NCBI GenBank assembly: GCA_963704725.1
Contig: OY969934.1
Span: 960,001 to 1,024,000 of the forward strand
DNA: 64,000 nucleotides
Direction of reading: 5' to 3'
Source: an uncultured Actinomycetes bacterium
Lineage (GTDB): Bacteria > Actinomycetota > UBA4738 > HRBIN12
Numbering within the stretch: position 1 is the first letter of the stretch; each line of letters opens with the position of its first letter. Below are positions 9,503 to 20,081 of this stretch, in pieces. The notes beneath the pieces were generated by a model. The model saw only the letters and a program-made list of their open reading frames with translations. It did not search any database and was not told the DNA's origin. A program made the position numbers and the translations under genes.

Positions 9503-10642
9503 CTAAGGACGCCCCGCGGGGATCGAGAAACGGATCGCCGTTCCGGCCGTCCCGCTCGACGCCTCGATCGTCCCCCCGTGTGCCTCGACGAGCCGCTTGG
9601 CGATCGCGAGCCCCAGCCCCGAGCCCCCGGAGTCCGCCGAGCGGACGAACCGATCGAAGACGTGCGGCAGGTCCTCGGGCCTGATCCCCGAACCGGTGTC
9701 GGCCACCTCGAACCGGGCGTCGTCGCCCTCGTGACGGACCGAGACCGTCACCGAGCCGTTCGCCGGCGTGTGCCGGAGCGCATTGGACACCAGGTTGGCG
9801 AGGACCTCGCCCAGTCGAAGCGGGTCGGCCTCCACCACGACGGGGGCCGCTCGCGCCTCGAGCCGCACGCCGCGGTCGGCCGCGACCTGGCGGAACGCCG
9901 ACACCGCGTCGTCCACCAACCCCGCGGCGTCGACCGTCTCGGGATGCAGCCGGAGCGCGCCCGCCTCCGCCGTGCTGAGCGTCCGCAGGTCGTCCAGGAG
10001 CCGGTCCATCACCTCCGCCTCCTCCAGGAGCGGCCGCAAGCGGTCGGCGCCTACGGGGTAGACGCCGTCGAGCATCCCCTCGACGTTGCCGCGGATGACG
10101 GACAAGGGCGTCCGGAGCTCGTGGGCCACGTCGGCGAGCAGCTCCCGACGGCGGGTCTCGTTGGTCGCCAGCCGTTCCGCCATGGCGTTGAACGACCGCG
10201 CCAGCCTTCGCGCGTCGCCGGTCCCGCGGGGCTCGACGCGGACGGCGTAGTCGCCGGCCGCGACGCGGTCGGCCGCCTCCATCACATCGGCGATCGGCGC
10301 CACCGTCCGCCGGACGGCTCGGCCGGCCGTGACCACTCCGACGACGACGACCATGAGGGCGACGACGAGGATGGGCCGGACCGGTCGCGCGCCCACGATG
10401 CGCGACGCGATCTCGACGGCGATGGTGGCGACGACGAGCACGAACGAGAGGAACGCGAGGAAGCCGAGGACGACCCGCCGGACGAACCGTCGTCGCATCC
10501 GTGGATCGAAGGGCCGGTCGGGAGGGAACGGCTCGCCCTCCGGCCACCAGGGAGGTCGGAATCCCTCCCCTCGACGCCACCCGGGACCGTGCCCGGCGGC
10601 CCACGGCGGACCGTGGGGCGCTCCCGATCGACGCTCACGCAT
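9503..10642 (-). CDS. Sensor histidine kinase (HAMP, HisKA, HATPase)
   Basis: DVAHELRTP, NLVSNALRH, DTGSGI, GSGLGLAI. Confidence 0.93.
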   Translation of the reverse strand: MRERRSGAPHGPPWAAGHGPGWRRGEGFRPPWWPEGEPFPPDRPFDPRMRRRFVRRVVLGFLAFLSFVLVVATIAVEIASRIVGARPVRPILVVALMVVVVGVVTAGRAVRRTVAPIADVMEAADRVAAGDYAVRVEPRGTGDARRLARSFNAMAERLATNETRRRELLADVAHELRTPLSVIRGNVEGMLDGVYPVGADRLRPLLEEAEVMDRLLDDLRTLSTAEAGALRLHPETVDAAGLVDDAVSAFRQVAADRGVRLEARAAPVVVEADPLRLGEVLANLVSNALRHTPANGSVTVSVRHEGDDARFEVADTGSGIRPEDLPHVFDRFVRSADSGGSGLGLAIAKRLVEAHGGTIEASSGTAGTAIRFSIPAGRP

Positions 10643-11315
10643 CGGCGAACCGGTAGCCCACGCCGTGGACGGTGAGCAGGTAGCGGGGACGTCCCGGCGT
10701 CGGCTCGATCTTGCGCCGGATGTTCTTCACGTGGGCATCGATCGCCCGCTCGTACGATTCGAGCTCGACCCCGTGGACGGCGTCGAGCAGCTGCCCGCGC
10801 GTGAACACGCGCCCCGGCTCGCGCACGAAGGTGGCGAGGAGCTCGAACTCCGTGGGCGTGAGGTCGACGCTGCGTCCCTGCACCGACACCCGGTGGCGGG
10901 GGAGATCGACTTCGACGCCCGCCGCCTGGAGCGTCTCGGATCCGCCGCCGCCCTGTGTTCGGCGGAGCACCGCGCGCACGCGGGCGACGAGCTCTCGAGG
11001 GCTGAACGGTTTCACCACGTAGTCGTCGGCACCGAGCTCGAGCCCCACGACGCGATCGGTCTCGTCACCGCGGGCCGTGAGGATGACGATCGGCACGGTC
11101 GAGGTCCGCCGGAGCTCCCGCGCCACGTCGAGGCCGTCCCGCCCAGGGAGCCCGAGGTCGAGCACGATCAGGTCGGGGCGGGATCCTCGGGCGCTCGCGA
11201 TCGCGGCCTCGCCGTCGCCGGCGATCGTCACCTGGAGCCCCGCGTGCTCGAGGAAGTCGGCCACCAGACGGGCGATCTTCATCTCGTCCTCGACGACCAG
11301 CACCCGGGTCACCAT
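10635..11315 (-). CDS. OmpR-family response regulator
   Basis: LVVEDE, LDLGLPG, GADDYVVKPF, winged-helix C-terminus. Confidence 0.95.
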   Translation of the reverse strand: MVTRVLVVEDEMKIARLVADFLEHAGLQVTIAGDGEAAIASARGSRPDLIVLDLGLPGRDGLDVARELRRTSTVPIVILTARGDETDRVVGLELGADDYVVKPFSPRELVARVRAVLRRTQGGGGSETLQAAGVEVDLPRHRVSVQGRSVDLTPTEFELLATFVREPGRVFTRGQLLDAVHGVELESYERAIDAHVKNIRRKIEPTPGRPRYLLTVHGVGYRFADA

Positions 11316-11400
11316 CGGCTCCGTTCGGTCCGGCAGCGCAAGCGTGGACGACGGATCGGGGCGGAGGCAACCTCGCCCCCGCCCCGCGGTCGCCGCCCGG

Positions 11401-11787
11401 TCAGGGAGGCGGCCCTCCGGCTCCCGATCCGGTGGCCTCCCGATGCTCCTGCTGGTGCCACTCGTCGAACCGGTCGCGGACCCGGTCCGGTCTCATCCCG
11501 CTCGGGCCGCGCCAGGGCCCACCCCATCGTGCGCGCCAGAAGACGGTCCGCAGCAGCGCGAACATCCCGAACACGAACAGGGGGAAGAACAGGAACCCCA
11601 GCGGGAAGAAGCCCCATCCCGGGCCGGGGCGGTCGCCCACGACGCGGATCACCTGCACGTCCTGCCCGGACTCCACGACCTGCTGCTCGATCCCGTGGTC
11701 GACCCCGGCGTCGTAGGCCGCCACGCCGATCCCGACCCCGGCCAGGAGCAGAAGCACCACCATCACGACCGTGAATCCTCGACGCAT
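11401..11787 (-). CDS. Small membrane protein upstream of the two-component system
   Basis: AAGGAGG RBS; two hydrophobic segments. Confidence 0.7.
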   Translation of the reverse strand: MRRGFTVVMVVLLLLAGVGIGVAAYDAGVDHGIEQQVVESGQDVQVIRVVGDRPGPGWGFFPLGFLFFPLFVFGMFALLRTVFWRARWGGPWRGPSGMRPDRVRDRFDEWHQQEHREATGSGAGGPPP

Positions 11788-11900
11788 CTCGTCCTCCTTC
11801 TTCCGACGCGCCCTTCACCTCCGATGCTGGCGCCGATTTGTGCAGACGCCGTGAAGGCGGCGGGGAGGGTTCGTGCACCCGCTGGTGGGCGGCCGAGGGC

Positions 11901-12350
11901 TCAGCCGGTGCCGGGCGGGGAGGCCTGGATCGTGGCTCGAAGGCCGTCGATCAGTTGCTGCTTCTCCTGGTCTGACAGGCGGGCCCCGGAGTGGAGCACG
12001 GAGTAGTACCAGGGCGGCATCTCGCCTCCCGCGATCACCTCGGCGATGTCTCCGGCCTCCTGGGGGCGATCCCATTCGGAGAAGTTCAGCGTGGCGCGGC
12101 CCTCATCGACGTCGTGCTGCGTCAACCAGGAGAAGGGGGCGACGCTCGTGTACCACGGCCACGCCGTCTCGTTGCTGTGACAGTCGAAGCAGGCCCGCGC
12201 GGCGAGCGCGCGGGTCTGAGGCGAGTCCCACGCGGGCTCGGCTGTGACGGTCGGGTTGGTGTGGGCGCGCCCGTAGGGGACGAGCTGGATCAGCACCGCC
12301 AGCCCCAGGATCGAGAGCACCGTGAGACGGATCGCCCGGCGGAGGTTCAC
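11901..12350 (-). CDS. Haem-binding domain (cytochrome c-type) protein
   Basis: N-terminal TM, CFDCH, WPWY, LNFSEW, EMPP. Confidence 0.85.
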   Translation of the reverse strand: MNLRRAIRLTVLSILGLAVLIQLVPYGRAHTNPTVTAEPAWDSPQTRALAARACFDCHSNETAWPWYTSVAPFSWLTQHDVDEGRATLNFSEWDRPQEAGDIAEVIAGGEMPPWYYSVLHSGARLSDQEKQQLIDGLRATIQASPPGTG

Positions 12351-12516
12351 GGTGGCAAGGCTACGCCGGGAGCCGGGTGAGGGCTGGGCCGGTGGTCCCG
12401 CATCGAGACGGACGGTGCGGGACCGGAGGCGCGAGTGCTCGTGGCCGGGGCGAGCGGGTTTGGGTCGCAGACCCGAGGGGGATACGTTGACCGGAACCGA
12501 GCGTAATTCGCGCAGA

Positions 12517-12852
12517 TCAGGCGGAGGGTAGGTCCGAGGTCGACGGGACGAGGTCGAACACCCGATCCAGCCCGGTCAGCGCGAACACCTTCATCGGCGA
12601 TCCCGAGACACCGACGAGCATGAACTCCCCATCCCGCTCGCGGACCCGCTTCAGGCAGGTGACCAGCATGCCCAGGCTGCTCGAATCCATGAAGCCGACG
12701 TCCGTGAGGTCGAGCGCGATCCGAACCGGGGGCGGGCCGATCGCGGCGAGCACGTGTTCGAGGAGCTGCGGTGAGGTGTGGAGGTCGAGCTCTCCTTCGA
12801 CGCGCACGACCGTCCACGGGCCGGAGGTGCCATTCTCCAGGACCAGATCCAT
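12517..12852 (-). CDS. STAS-domain anti-sigma factor antagonist (RsbV-like)
   Basis: GELDLHT and FMDSSSLGML; ATG 12852 after GGAGGG. Confidence 0.9.
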   Translation of the reverse strand: MDLVLENGTSGPWTVVRVEGELDLHTSPQLLEHVLAAIGPPPVRIALDLTDVGFMDSSSLGMLVTCLKRVRERDGEFMLVGVSGSPMKVFALTGLDRVFDLVPSTSDLPSA

Positions 12853-12919
12853 CCGTCCCTCCGTTGCTGGTCGGAGCGCCCGGCGGCGCCGAGCGGGCGG
12901 ATCGAAGGGGCCAGTATAG

Positions 12920-13327
12920 GTGGCGCGCAGCACGGTCTCCCTCACGACGGAGGCGGTCCGTCTCTCGGTCCCCGCCAGAGCGGACTTCGTGCATCTGCTC
13001 CGCTCGGTGACCGCGGCGGCCGCCTCACACCTCGCGCTCTCGGTCGACGACGTCGACGACCTCCGCCTGGCCGTCGACGAGGCATGCGCCCGGCTGCTGT
13101 CGCTGCCGGGGGAGCCGCGGACGATCCGGCTGGACCTGCGGCCCCATCCGGGTCGCATCGAGGTGCTGCTGGGTGTCGACGCGACGGCGACGTGGCCTCT
13201 CGGCGGGCTCCGGGACACGCTGGCGTGGAGGGTCCTCGGCGCGCTGGCCGATGAGGTGCGGCTCGAGCTGTGGAACGGGTGTCCAGCCGTGCGCATCGTG
13301 AAGCGGACCTTCGGGGGTGAGCGGTGA
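12920..13327 (+). CDS. Anti-sigma factor (RsbW/UsfX-like)
   Basis: VPARADFVHLLR...DDLRLAVDEACA; coupled to the sigma gene. Confidence 0.8.
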   Translation: MARSTVSLTTEAVRLSVPARADFVHLLRSVTAAAASHLALSVDDVDDLRLAVDEACARLLSLPGEPRTIRLDLRPHPGRIEVLLGVDATATWPLGGLRDTLAWRVLGALADEVRLELWNGCPAVRIVKRTFGGER

Positions 13328-14088
13328 CCGTCAACGCCCTCGAGGACGCCGACGAGCGAGAGCTCTTCCGGCGCAGGCCGGACGAGACCGCGCGCGAGGA
13401 GCTCACGCGCCGGTTCCTGCCCCTGGCCGAGTACCTAGCGCGCAAGTTCGGCGGCCGGGGCGAGTCCCTGGACGACCTGTTCCAGGTGGCGAGCCTCGGC
13501 TTGCTCAACGCGATCGACCGCTTCGACCTCGACCGCGATGTGCAGTTCTCCACGTACGCCGCGGTCACGATGGTCGGCGAGCTCAAGCGCCACTTCCGCG
13601 ACAAGGGGTGGGCCGTCCGCGTGCCGCGACGGCTCCAGGAGGTCGGCCTGCGGATCAACACGGTCCTGCCGGAGCTCTCGCAGGAGCTCGGCCGCTCGCC
13701 CACGATCGACGAGATCGCGGCGCGGTGCGGCGCGTCCGGGGAGGAGATCCTCGAGGCCATGGAGGCGAGCCAGGCCTACGCGACGAGCTCGCTCGAGGCG
13801 CCGGCGGGCGAGGAGGGCGCCGCTCCGATCGACGTCATCGGCGCCGACGATCCCTCGCTCGTGCTCCTCGAGGAGTGGGCGAGCGTCGCTCCGGCCGTCC
13901 GCGACCTTCCCCAGCGGGAACGGACGGTGCTGTACCTCCGCTTCTTCCGCGGGCTCACGCAATCGGAGGTCGCGCGTGAGATCGGCGTCTCGCAGATGCA
14001 CGTGAGCCGGATCCTGGCGCAGACGCTGCGGTCGTTGCGGGCCACCGTGGTGGCCGACGATGAGGAGCCCGAGCCGGGCCAGACCTGA
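13324..14088 (+). CDS. SigB/SigF/SigG-family RNA polymerase sigma factor
   Basis: DDLFQVASLGLLNAIDRFD, GELKRHFRD, TQSEVAREIGVSQMHVSR. Confidence 0.93.
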   Translation: MTVNALEDADERELFRRRPDETAREELTRRFLPLAEYLARKFGGRGESLDDLFQVASLGLLNAIDRFDLDRDVQFSTYAAVTMVGELKRHFRDKGWAVRVPRRLQEVGLRINTVLPELSQELGRSPTIDEIAARCGASGEEILEAMEASQAYATSSLEAPAGEEGAAPIDVIGADDPSLVLLEEWASVAPAVRDLPQRERTVLYLRFFRGLTQSEVAREIGVSQMHVSRILAQTLRSLRATVVADDEEPEPGQT

Positions 14089-14325
14089 TCGGCTCGCCTC
14101 CTCGCGGGCGGAGGGACCAGGCCGGCTTGACCCTCGGGATCCTCTCGGGCGATCCGGGCCCGGCGACCTCGAAGAGGAATCGGGTGCGCCGGCGGCGCCG
14201 GGTCAGCCTCGGTCGGGGTCGGCATCGTCGCGGACGTGCCCGTGAGCGTCCTCGCTCCGGCCCGCCGCTTCCTCTCCGGCCTGCCCCGCGAGGACCCGCC
14301 GGTCGGGCTCCGTCCGCGGCGGCGG

Positions 14326-15243
14326 TTAGGGGCTGCGCCGCCACAGCCGGCGGGCCAGGACGACGTTCAGCTCGGCGCACAGCATCGTGATCTGTGCGAC
14401 GAGGTAGATCCATGACATGAGACCGAGCACGATGCCGAAGAAGCCGTACAGGGTCGACGCGTGGCGCAGCTGCCGGTCGACCAGCCAGGATCCAACCGTG
14501 AGCAGCGCCAGCCACGCCACGGCCGCGGACGCCGCTCCCGGCAGGACCTGGCGCCACCGGACGTCGGCCACGGTGAGGTAGCGGAACACCGACCCGAACA
14601 CGAGTGCGTTCAGCGCCAGCGTGCCCACCATGCCGAGCACACGTGGCCACCCGAACGAGCCCGGCATCGAGGCGAGGGCGGCGAGCCCGGCCGTGGCCAG
14701 CGTGGCGACGCCGAGTCCCGCCAGCGAGATCAGCGCTCGCAGACGCCCGGCCAGGAAGCGGGGCCGAGCCGTCCTGGGGACATCCCACACGTCGTTCATC
14801 GCGTCCTGCAGCGTGAGGACGATGGCCATCCCCGCCCAGATCGAGCCGGCGAGGCCGATCGCGAGCGCGGGGACCGATCCGTGGAGAGCGCCGACCTCCT
14901 GGCGGATCTGGTCCCCGATGATCGGGAACTGCGCCAGCGCCGAATCGAGGATCCGGTCCTGCAGGTGTTCGTTGCCCTGCACGACGAAGCCGAGGACGGT
15001 GATGAACACCAGCAGCAGAGGGAACAGCGAGAAGAAGCCGAAGTACGCGACCAGCGCCGCCGACCGGCCGCCCCGGTCGTCGCCGAATTTGCGCAGGACC
15101 GCGAAGGGCACGGCCAGGGCGGGGCGACGGCGAAGCACGGAGTCGGCGCGTGACAGACCGGCTCGGATCCGCTCGCCGGCCGCGCGAAACCGACCGGCGA
15201 GCCCCGCCGGCTTCGCCGGCGGACCGTTCGAGCCGCTCGTCAC
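14326..15243 (-). CDS. YihY/BrkB family membrane protein
   Basis: AALVAYFGFFSLFPLL and YGFFGIVLGLMSWIY. Confidence 0.88.
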   Translation of the reverse strand: MTSGSNGPPAKPAGLAGRFRAAGERIRAGLSRADSVLRRRPALAVPFAVLRKFGDDRGGRSAALVAYFGFFSLFPLLLVFITVLGFVVQGNEHLQDRILDSALAQFPIIGDQIRQEVGALHGSVPALAIGLAGSIWAGMAIVLTLQDAMNDVWDVPRTARPRFLAGRLRALISLAGLGVATLATAGLAALASMPGSFGWPRVLGMVGTLALNALVFGSVFRYLTVADVRWRQVLPGAASAAVAWLALLTVGSWLVDRQLRHASTLYGFFGIVLGLMSWIYLVAQITMLCAELNVVLARRLWRRSP

Positions 15244-15244
15244 G

Positions 15245-15502
15245 TCACCCGCCGCAGGCGTCGCGAGCCTCCGAGGGCGCGATCCGCATCGTGAGACCGA
15301 CCTGGGTACGGGACGGCCGGAGCGGAGCCAGCTCGACCGCGCCGTCGAGCCGGTCGTCCTGCGCCGAGGTCCAGGCGATGCGGCGTTGGGCGACGCGCTC
15401 GACCCAATCCATGAAGATCATGGACTCCTCGAACCGGGTCCACCGATCGTATGCGGCGCTGATCGTCACGTCGACCTCGATCGTCCGGCCGACGATCGCC
15501 AC
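15245..15502 (-). CDS. Short SRPBCC/cyclase-like protein, possibly truncated
   Basis: TIEVDVTISAAYDRWTRFEE matches the SRPBCC N-terminus; only ~85 aa. Confidence 0.5.
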   Translation of the reverse strand: MAIVGRTIEVDVTISAAYDRWTRFEESMIFMDWVERVAQRRIAWTSAQDDRLDGAVELAPLRPSRTQVGLTMRIAPSEARDACGG

Positions 15503-15656
15503 GGAGACCACCTCGGATCGGCCGATCCGATCGGTACCCGAGCCGTGTGACCTGGAAACCGCCGCGGCTCCCCGGCCGGGTGGCGTAGGACCGCCGAGGA
15601 GTGGGTATCGCATCCACGGAGCGAAGCCGATCGTCCCCCTCGGAAGGAGGTCCGGC

Positions 15657-16295
15657 ATGCGCACTCGAACGATGACCACGACGGCCCTCGGACCGGTGGC
15701 ACTGGGCTCGCCGAGCCCGCAGAAGATCCGCTGGGGTGCGGTGTTCGGTGGGGCGGTGCTCGGCACGGCGCTGTTGGCGCTGCTCGCGACGCTGTGGTTC
15801 GCCCTGGCCTACGGCTCGGAGGTCGACCGGATCCGAACGAACCTGGAGTGGTACATCGGGGGGTCGGCGATCGCGAGCCTGTTCGTCGCCGGCCTCCTCG
15901 CCGGCTGGCTCTCGGGCGTCCACGGCGCAGGTTCCGGGTTCTTCAACGGCGTGACCATCTGGGGGTTGATGCTGCTGATCACCGTGACCGTCGGCGTCCC
16001 GGCCGTCCTGAACGTCCTGAACGTCGGCCGCGTCACGCCGATCGACACGTCGACGTTCGGCCTGCTCGACCCCAGGGCCGACACGGTGTTGTGGGCGTCG
16101 TTCGCCGCGATCGTCGGCGGGCTCCTCGCCTCCGGGCTCGGCGGCGCGATCGGAGGGGCCGTGACGCGCCCGGCCAACGCGCGACTCGTGGACGATGCCG
16201 TGGCCCGGCAGGGTGTGGGGCAGGAGCGGCCCGCCCGGCCGGACACCCGCACGATCGTCGTTCCCCAGGACGAGGACGAGCGGATCTCGACCTGA
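15657..16295 (+). CDS. Multi-pass membrane protein
   Basis: AAGGAGG RBS; IRWGAVFGG motif and about four TM segments. Confidence 0.75.
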   Translation: MRTRTMTTTALGPVALGSPSPQKIRWGAVFGGAVLGTALLALLATLWFALAYGSEVDRIRTNLEWYIGGSAIASLFVAGLLAGWLSGVHGAGSGFFNGVTIWGLMLLITVTVGVPAVLNVLNVGRVTPIDTSTFGLLDPRADTVLWASFAAIVGGLLASGLGGAIGGAVTRPANARLVDDAVARQGVGQERPARPDTRTIVVPQDEDERIST

Positions 16296-16386
16296 GCGGC
16301 GAACCGGTGGAGCACGCAGGGTCCGGCTCGGTGCCGAGCCGGACCCTTGGCGTCCGACGAGGCAGGCCACCGCCCTTCGCGGCCGG

Positions 16387-17307
16387 TCAGGCCGGGCGTA
16401 GGACGGCCGACATCGCCGCGATGTCGTCCGGCGTCGTGCCGCAGCAGCCGCCGATCAATCGGGCGCCCGCGTCCCGCCACTCGAGCGGACGGAGCGCGGG
16501 CCGGGGATCGGAGCGAGGCGGTGGATCGACCCACTCCTTGCGGATCGGATCCCAGAACGCGCCGCGGTTGGGGTAGCAGACGACGGGCCGGCCCGAGGAC
16601 GCCGCGATCTCGACCAGCGAGCGGACGTGCAACGGCGAGGTGCAGTTGACCCCCAGGGCGACGACCGAGGACGACGACGCCGCCACCTCGACCGCTCGTT
16701 CGAACGGCGTGCCGTCGCACAGCCGAGCCCCGTCTCTGCAGCTGAAGCTCATCCACGCCGGCACCCCGGGGACGCCCTCCAGCGCGCGGACGAACGCACC
16801 GGCCTCGACGATCGACGGGATCGTCTCGAGCGCGAAGACGTCGGGCTCGGCCTCGGCGAGCGCCTCGAGCCGCGGCGCGTGGAACCCCACCAACCCATCG
16901 GCCCGCAGGTCGTAGCGGCCCGTGTACTCGGCGCCGTTGCCCAGGAACGCGCCGTACGGACCGACGGAGGCCGCGACGAAGCGGCGGCCGGCGAAGCCGG
17001 CGGCCGCCTCACGGGCCAGCTCCACGCTGCGGCGGAACAGGGCGGCCGCCTCGGCCCGGCCCAGACCCCGCGCCTGCAGGCCCGCGAAGCTCGCCTGGTA
17101 GCTGGAGGAGATCGCGACGTCGGCGCCGGCCGCGAAGTAGGCGGCGTGCACGTCGCGCACGACGTCAGGGGACTCGACGAGGGCCCGGGCAGACCACAGC
17201 GGGTCGCGCAGGTCGACGCCGCGGCGATCCAGCTCGGTCCCCAGACCGCCGTCGAGAACGACGAGGCCGCCGCCGGCCAGCAACGCGTCGAAGGGTGAGG
17301 TGACCAC
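16387..17307 (-). CDS. mmuM: Homocysteine S-methyltransferase
   Basis: VLDGGLGTEL, LWSARAL, GVNC, IGGCCGTTP. Confidence 0.92.
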   Translation of the reverse strand: MVTSPFDALLAGGGLVVLDGGLGTELDRRGVDLRDPLWSARALVESPDVVRDVHAAYFAAGADVAISSSYQASFAGLQARGLGRAEAAALFRRSVELAREAAAGFAGRRFVAASVGPYGAFLGNGAEYTGRYDLRADGLVGFHAPRLEALAEAEPDVFALETIPSIVEAGAFVRALEGVPGVPAWMSFSCRDGARLCDGTPFERAVEVAASSSSVVALGVNCTSPLHVRSLVEIAASSGRPVVCYPNRGAFWDPIRKEWVDPPPRSDPRPALRPLEWRDAGARLIGGCCGTTPDDIAAMSAVLRPA

Positions 17308-17367
17308 GTCCCGAAGCCTACGCGCCGCACCCACGAGCCACCGCCGGCGACCGGTACGCTTGGATGC

Positions 17368-18429
17368 GTGACCACCGTCTACGACCTCTCGCTCGACCAG
17401 CTCACCGAGCGCCTCGGCGCGTGGGACGAGCCGGCCTTCCGGGCCAAGCAGGTGTACCGGCAGCTCTGGCATCGCGCGGCGACCTACGAGCGGATGCCGG
17501 ACGTCCCCAAGCGCCTGCGCGAACGCCTGCGGGCCGAGCTCCCCATCGAGGTCGAGGTCCTGGCGGAGCGCGAGGCCGACCGAGGGGCGACCCGCAAAGC
17601 CCTGCTGCGGCTGGGAGGCCGCCACGTGATCGAGACGGTCCTCATGGGCTATCGCGACCGCGCGACGGTCTGCGTGTCGACCCAGTCGGGTTGCGCCATG
17701 GGTTGCGGGTTCTGCGCCACCGGACAGATGGGGTTGCAGAACAACCTGACGGCGGGCGAGATGGCCGCGCAGGTCCTGTGGGGCAAGCGCGAGGCGGCGC
17801 GGCTCCCCTCGTCGACGCCGCGCCGGCTCACGAACGTCGTGTTCATGGGGATGGGCGAGCCGCTCGCCAACGAGCGTCACACGTTCGGCGCGCTCGAGCG
17901 GCTCACCGACCCGAGCGCGATGGGTCTGGGAGACCGGCACGTGACGGTCTCGACCGTCGGTGTGGTTCCGGGCATCGCCCGGCTCGGCGAGCGCTTCCCC
18001 CAGGTCGGGCTGGCCGTGAGCCTGCACGCGGCCACCGACGAGCTCCGCGGCGAGCTCGTGCCGGCCAACCGGCTGTGGCCCTTGGCGGTGCTGGAGGACG
18101 CGATCGCCGCCTGGCGCGACCGGACGCACCGCCGCCCGTCGATCGAGTGGGCGATGATCGACCGGACGAACGACACGATCGACCAGGCGGAGCGTCTCGT
18201 CCCGATCGCGTTGCGCCTGCACGCGCACGTCAACCTCATCCCGCTGAACCCGACGCCGGGGTGGCCGACGAAACCGAGTCCCTCCGACCGCATCCACGGG
18301 TTCGCCCACGTCCTGGAGGACGCGGGCGTCACGGTCACCGTGCGGGACACCCGGGGGCGCGAGATCCAGGCCGCGTGCGGCCAGCTGCACGCGGAGATCG
18401 AGGGCGGGCAGGCCGCGGCGGTCCGCTAG
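17368..18429 (+). CDS. rlmN: Radical SAM 23S rRNA/tRNA m2A methyltransferase
   Basis: CVSTQSGCAMGCGFC, FMGMGEP, AACGQL. Confidence 0.95.
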   Translation: MTTVYDLSLDQLTERLGAWDEPAFRAKQVYRQLWHRAATYERMPDVPKRLRERLRAELPIEVEVLAEREADRGATRKALLRLGGRHVIETVLMGYRDRATVCVSTQSGCAMGCGFCATGQMGLQNNLTAGEMAAQVLWGKREAARLPSSTPRRLTNVVFMGMGEPLANERHTFGALERLTDPSAMGLGDRHVTVSTVGVVPGIARLGERFPQVGLAVSLHAATDELRGELVPANRLWPLAVLEDAIAAWRDRTHRRPSIEWAMIDRTNDTIDQAERLVPIALRLHAHVNLIPLNPTPGWPTKPSPSDRIHGFAHVLEDAGVTVTVRDTRGREIQAACGQLHAEIEGGQAAAVR

Positions 18430-18461
18430 CGTCCCGAACCCGGCTGCTACGGTGGTCGGTC

Positions 18462-20081
18462 ATGGGGTTCCTCGAGCTCACCGACGTCTCCTACGCGCTC
18501 CCCGGGGGGTGGACCCTGTTCGAGGGCGTGAGCTTCCGGGTGCCCGACGGCGAGCACGCCGCGCTCGTGGGTGCGAACGGGATCGGCAAGTCCACGCTGT
18601 TGCGGATCGTCGGCGGGCTCGAGGTGCCGAGCTCCGGGGTGGTGCGCGCGACGGGACGAGTGGGCCTGATGCGGCAGTTCATCGGCTCGGCCTCGACGCC
18701 GACCACCGTGCGCGCCTTCCTCCTCGCGTACGCCGAGCCGCGGGTCGCCGAGGCCGCCGAGCGCGTGTCCCGCGCCGAGCGGTGGATGCACGACCATCAG
18801 ACCGAGGAGGCCCAGCTCCGGTACGCGGAGGCCCTGGCCCACTGGGGCGACGCCGGCGGGTACGAGGCCGAGGTGGTGTTCGACCACTGCACGCACGCGG
18901 CGTTCGGGCAGGGGTATCCGGAGTGCGCGGGGCGGCGGATCGAGACGCTCTCGGGGGGCGAGCGCAAGCGGCTGGCGCTCGAGGTGATCTTCCGCTCGCC
19001 GTTCGACGTCGTCCTGCTCGACGAGCCCGACAACACGCTCGACATCGAGGGCAAGCGATGGCTCGAGGACACCGTGAACGCCTCGGCCAAGACGATCCTC
19101 ATGGTGAGCCACGACCGGGCGGTGCTCGACCGCACCTGCGCCCGCATCGTGACGCTGGAGGGCAAGGCGGCGTGGACCCACGCCGGCCCGTTCTCGACGT
19201 ACGCGCAGGCGCGCGACGACCGCGTCGACCGGCTCGACGAGGACCATCGCCGCTTCCAGGAGGAGCGGACACGGCTCGTCGAGATGATCAAGGAGATGAG
19301 GCGCAAGGCGGCGTACAACGACGGATGGGCGTCGAAGGCCCGTTCGGCCGAGCACCGTCTCGAGCGTTTCGAGGACCGGAACGCCCCTCCGGCCAAGCCG
19401 GAGGTGCAGGACGTGCGGATGCGGATCCCCGGCGGCAGGACGGGCAAGGTCGCGCTCCGGATCCGCGGCGTGGCGATCGCGGACATCGTGCAGCCGTTCG
19501 ACGTCGAGATATGGTTCGGGGAACGGCTGGGCGTGATCGGGCCGAACGGAACCGGCAAGACGCATTTCCTCCGTCTGCTCGCCGGCGAGCCCGTCGCGCA
19601 CACAGGAGAGTGGAAGCTCGGGGCGCGGGTCGAGCCGGCGCTGTTCGCGCAGCTGCACGAGCGCTCCGACCTCGCCGACCGATCGATCCTGGAGGTCCTG
19701 CGCGCCCGCGGCCTCGCGATGACCGAGTCCATGGCCGCACTGCGGCGGTACGAGCTCGACCGGGCCGCGCAGAACCCGTTCGAGCTCCTGTCGGGCGGGC
19801 AGCAGGCGCGGTTCCAGCTCCTGTTGATGGAGGTGGACTCGCCGACGATGCTGCTGCTCGACGAGCCAACGGACAACCTCGACGTGGCCTCGGCCGACGC
19901 GCTGGAGGAGGCGGTCCGGCGGTACGAGGGCACCGTGATCGCGGTGACGCACGACCGCTGGTTCATGCGCCGCATGGACCGATTCCTCTTCTTCGACCAG
20001 GACGGAACCGTGCGCGAGCTGCTCGAGTCCCCCTACGAGCGCCCGGACAGCGAGACCGTGGGCGCCGCCGACCGTGGGTGA
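18462..20081 (+). CDS. ABC-F family ATPase
   Basis: Two NBDs (GANGIGKS/LSGGE and GPNGTGKT/LSGGQ), no TM segments. Confidence 0.9.
   Translation: MGFLELTDVSYALPGGWTLFEGVSFRVPDGEHAALVGANGIGKSTLLRIVGGLEVPSSGVVRATGRVGLMRQFIGSASTPTTVRAFLLAYAEPRVAEAAERVSRAERWMHDHQTEEAQLRYAEALAHWGDAGGYEAEVVFDHCTHAAFGQGYPECAGRRIETLSGGERKRLALEVIFRSPFDVVLLDEPDNTLDIEGKRWLEDTVNASAKTILMVSHDRAVLDRTCARIVTLEGKAAWTHAGPFSTYAQARDDRVDRLDEDHRRFQEERTRLVEMIKEMRRKAAYNDGWASKARSAEHRLERFEDRNAPPAKPEVQDVRMRIPGGRTGKVALRIRGVAIADIVQPFDVEIWFGERLGVIGPNGTGKTHFLRLLAGEPVAHTGEWKLGARVEPALFAQLHERSDLADRSILEVLRARGLAMTESMAALRRYELDRAAQNPFELLSGGQQARFQLLLMEVDSPTMLLLDEPTDNLDVASADALEEAVRRYEGTVIAVTHDRWFMRRMDRFLFFDQDGTVRELLESPYERPDSETVGAADRG

Noticed and set aside
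16387-18390. ORF-track N-terminal extensions of mmuM, ABC-F, galU, tldD and mtnP that suggest fusions
   Set aside because: The extensions are antisense or alternative frames of neighbouring genes; true starts are marked by RBS or -10 boxes
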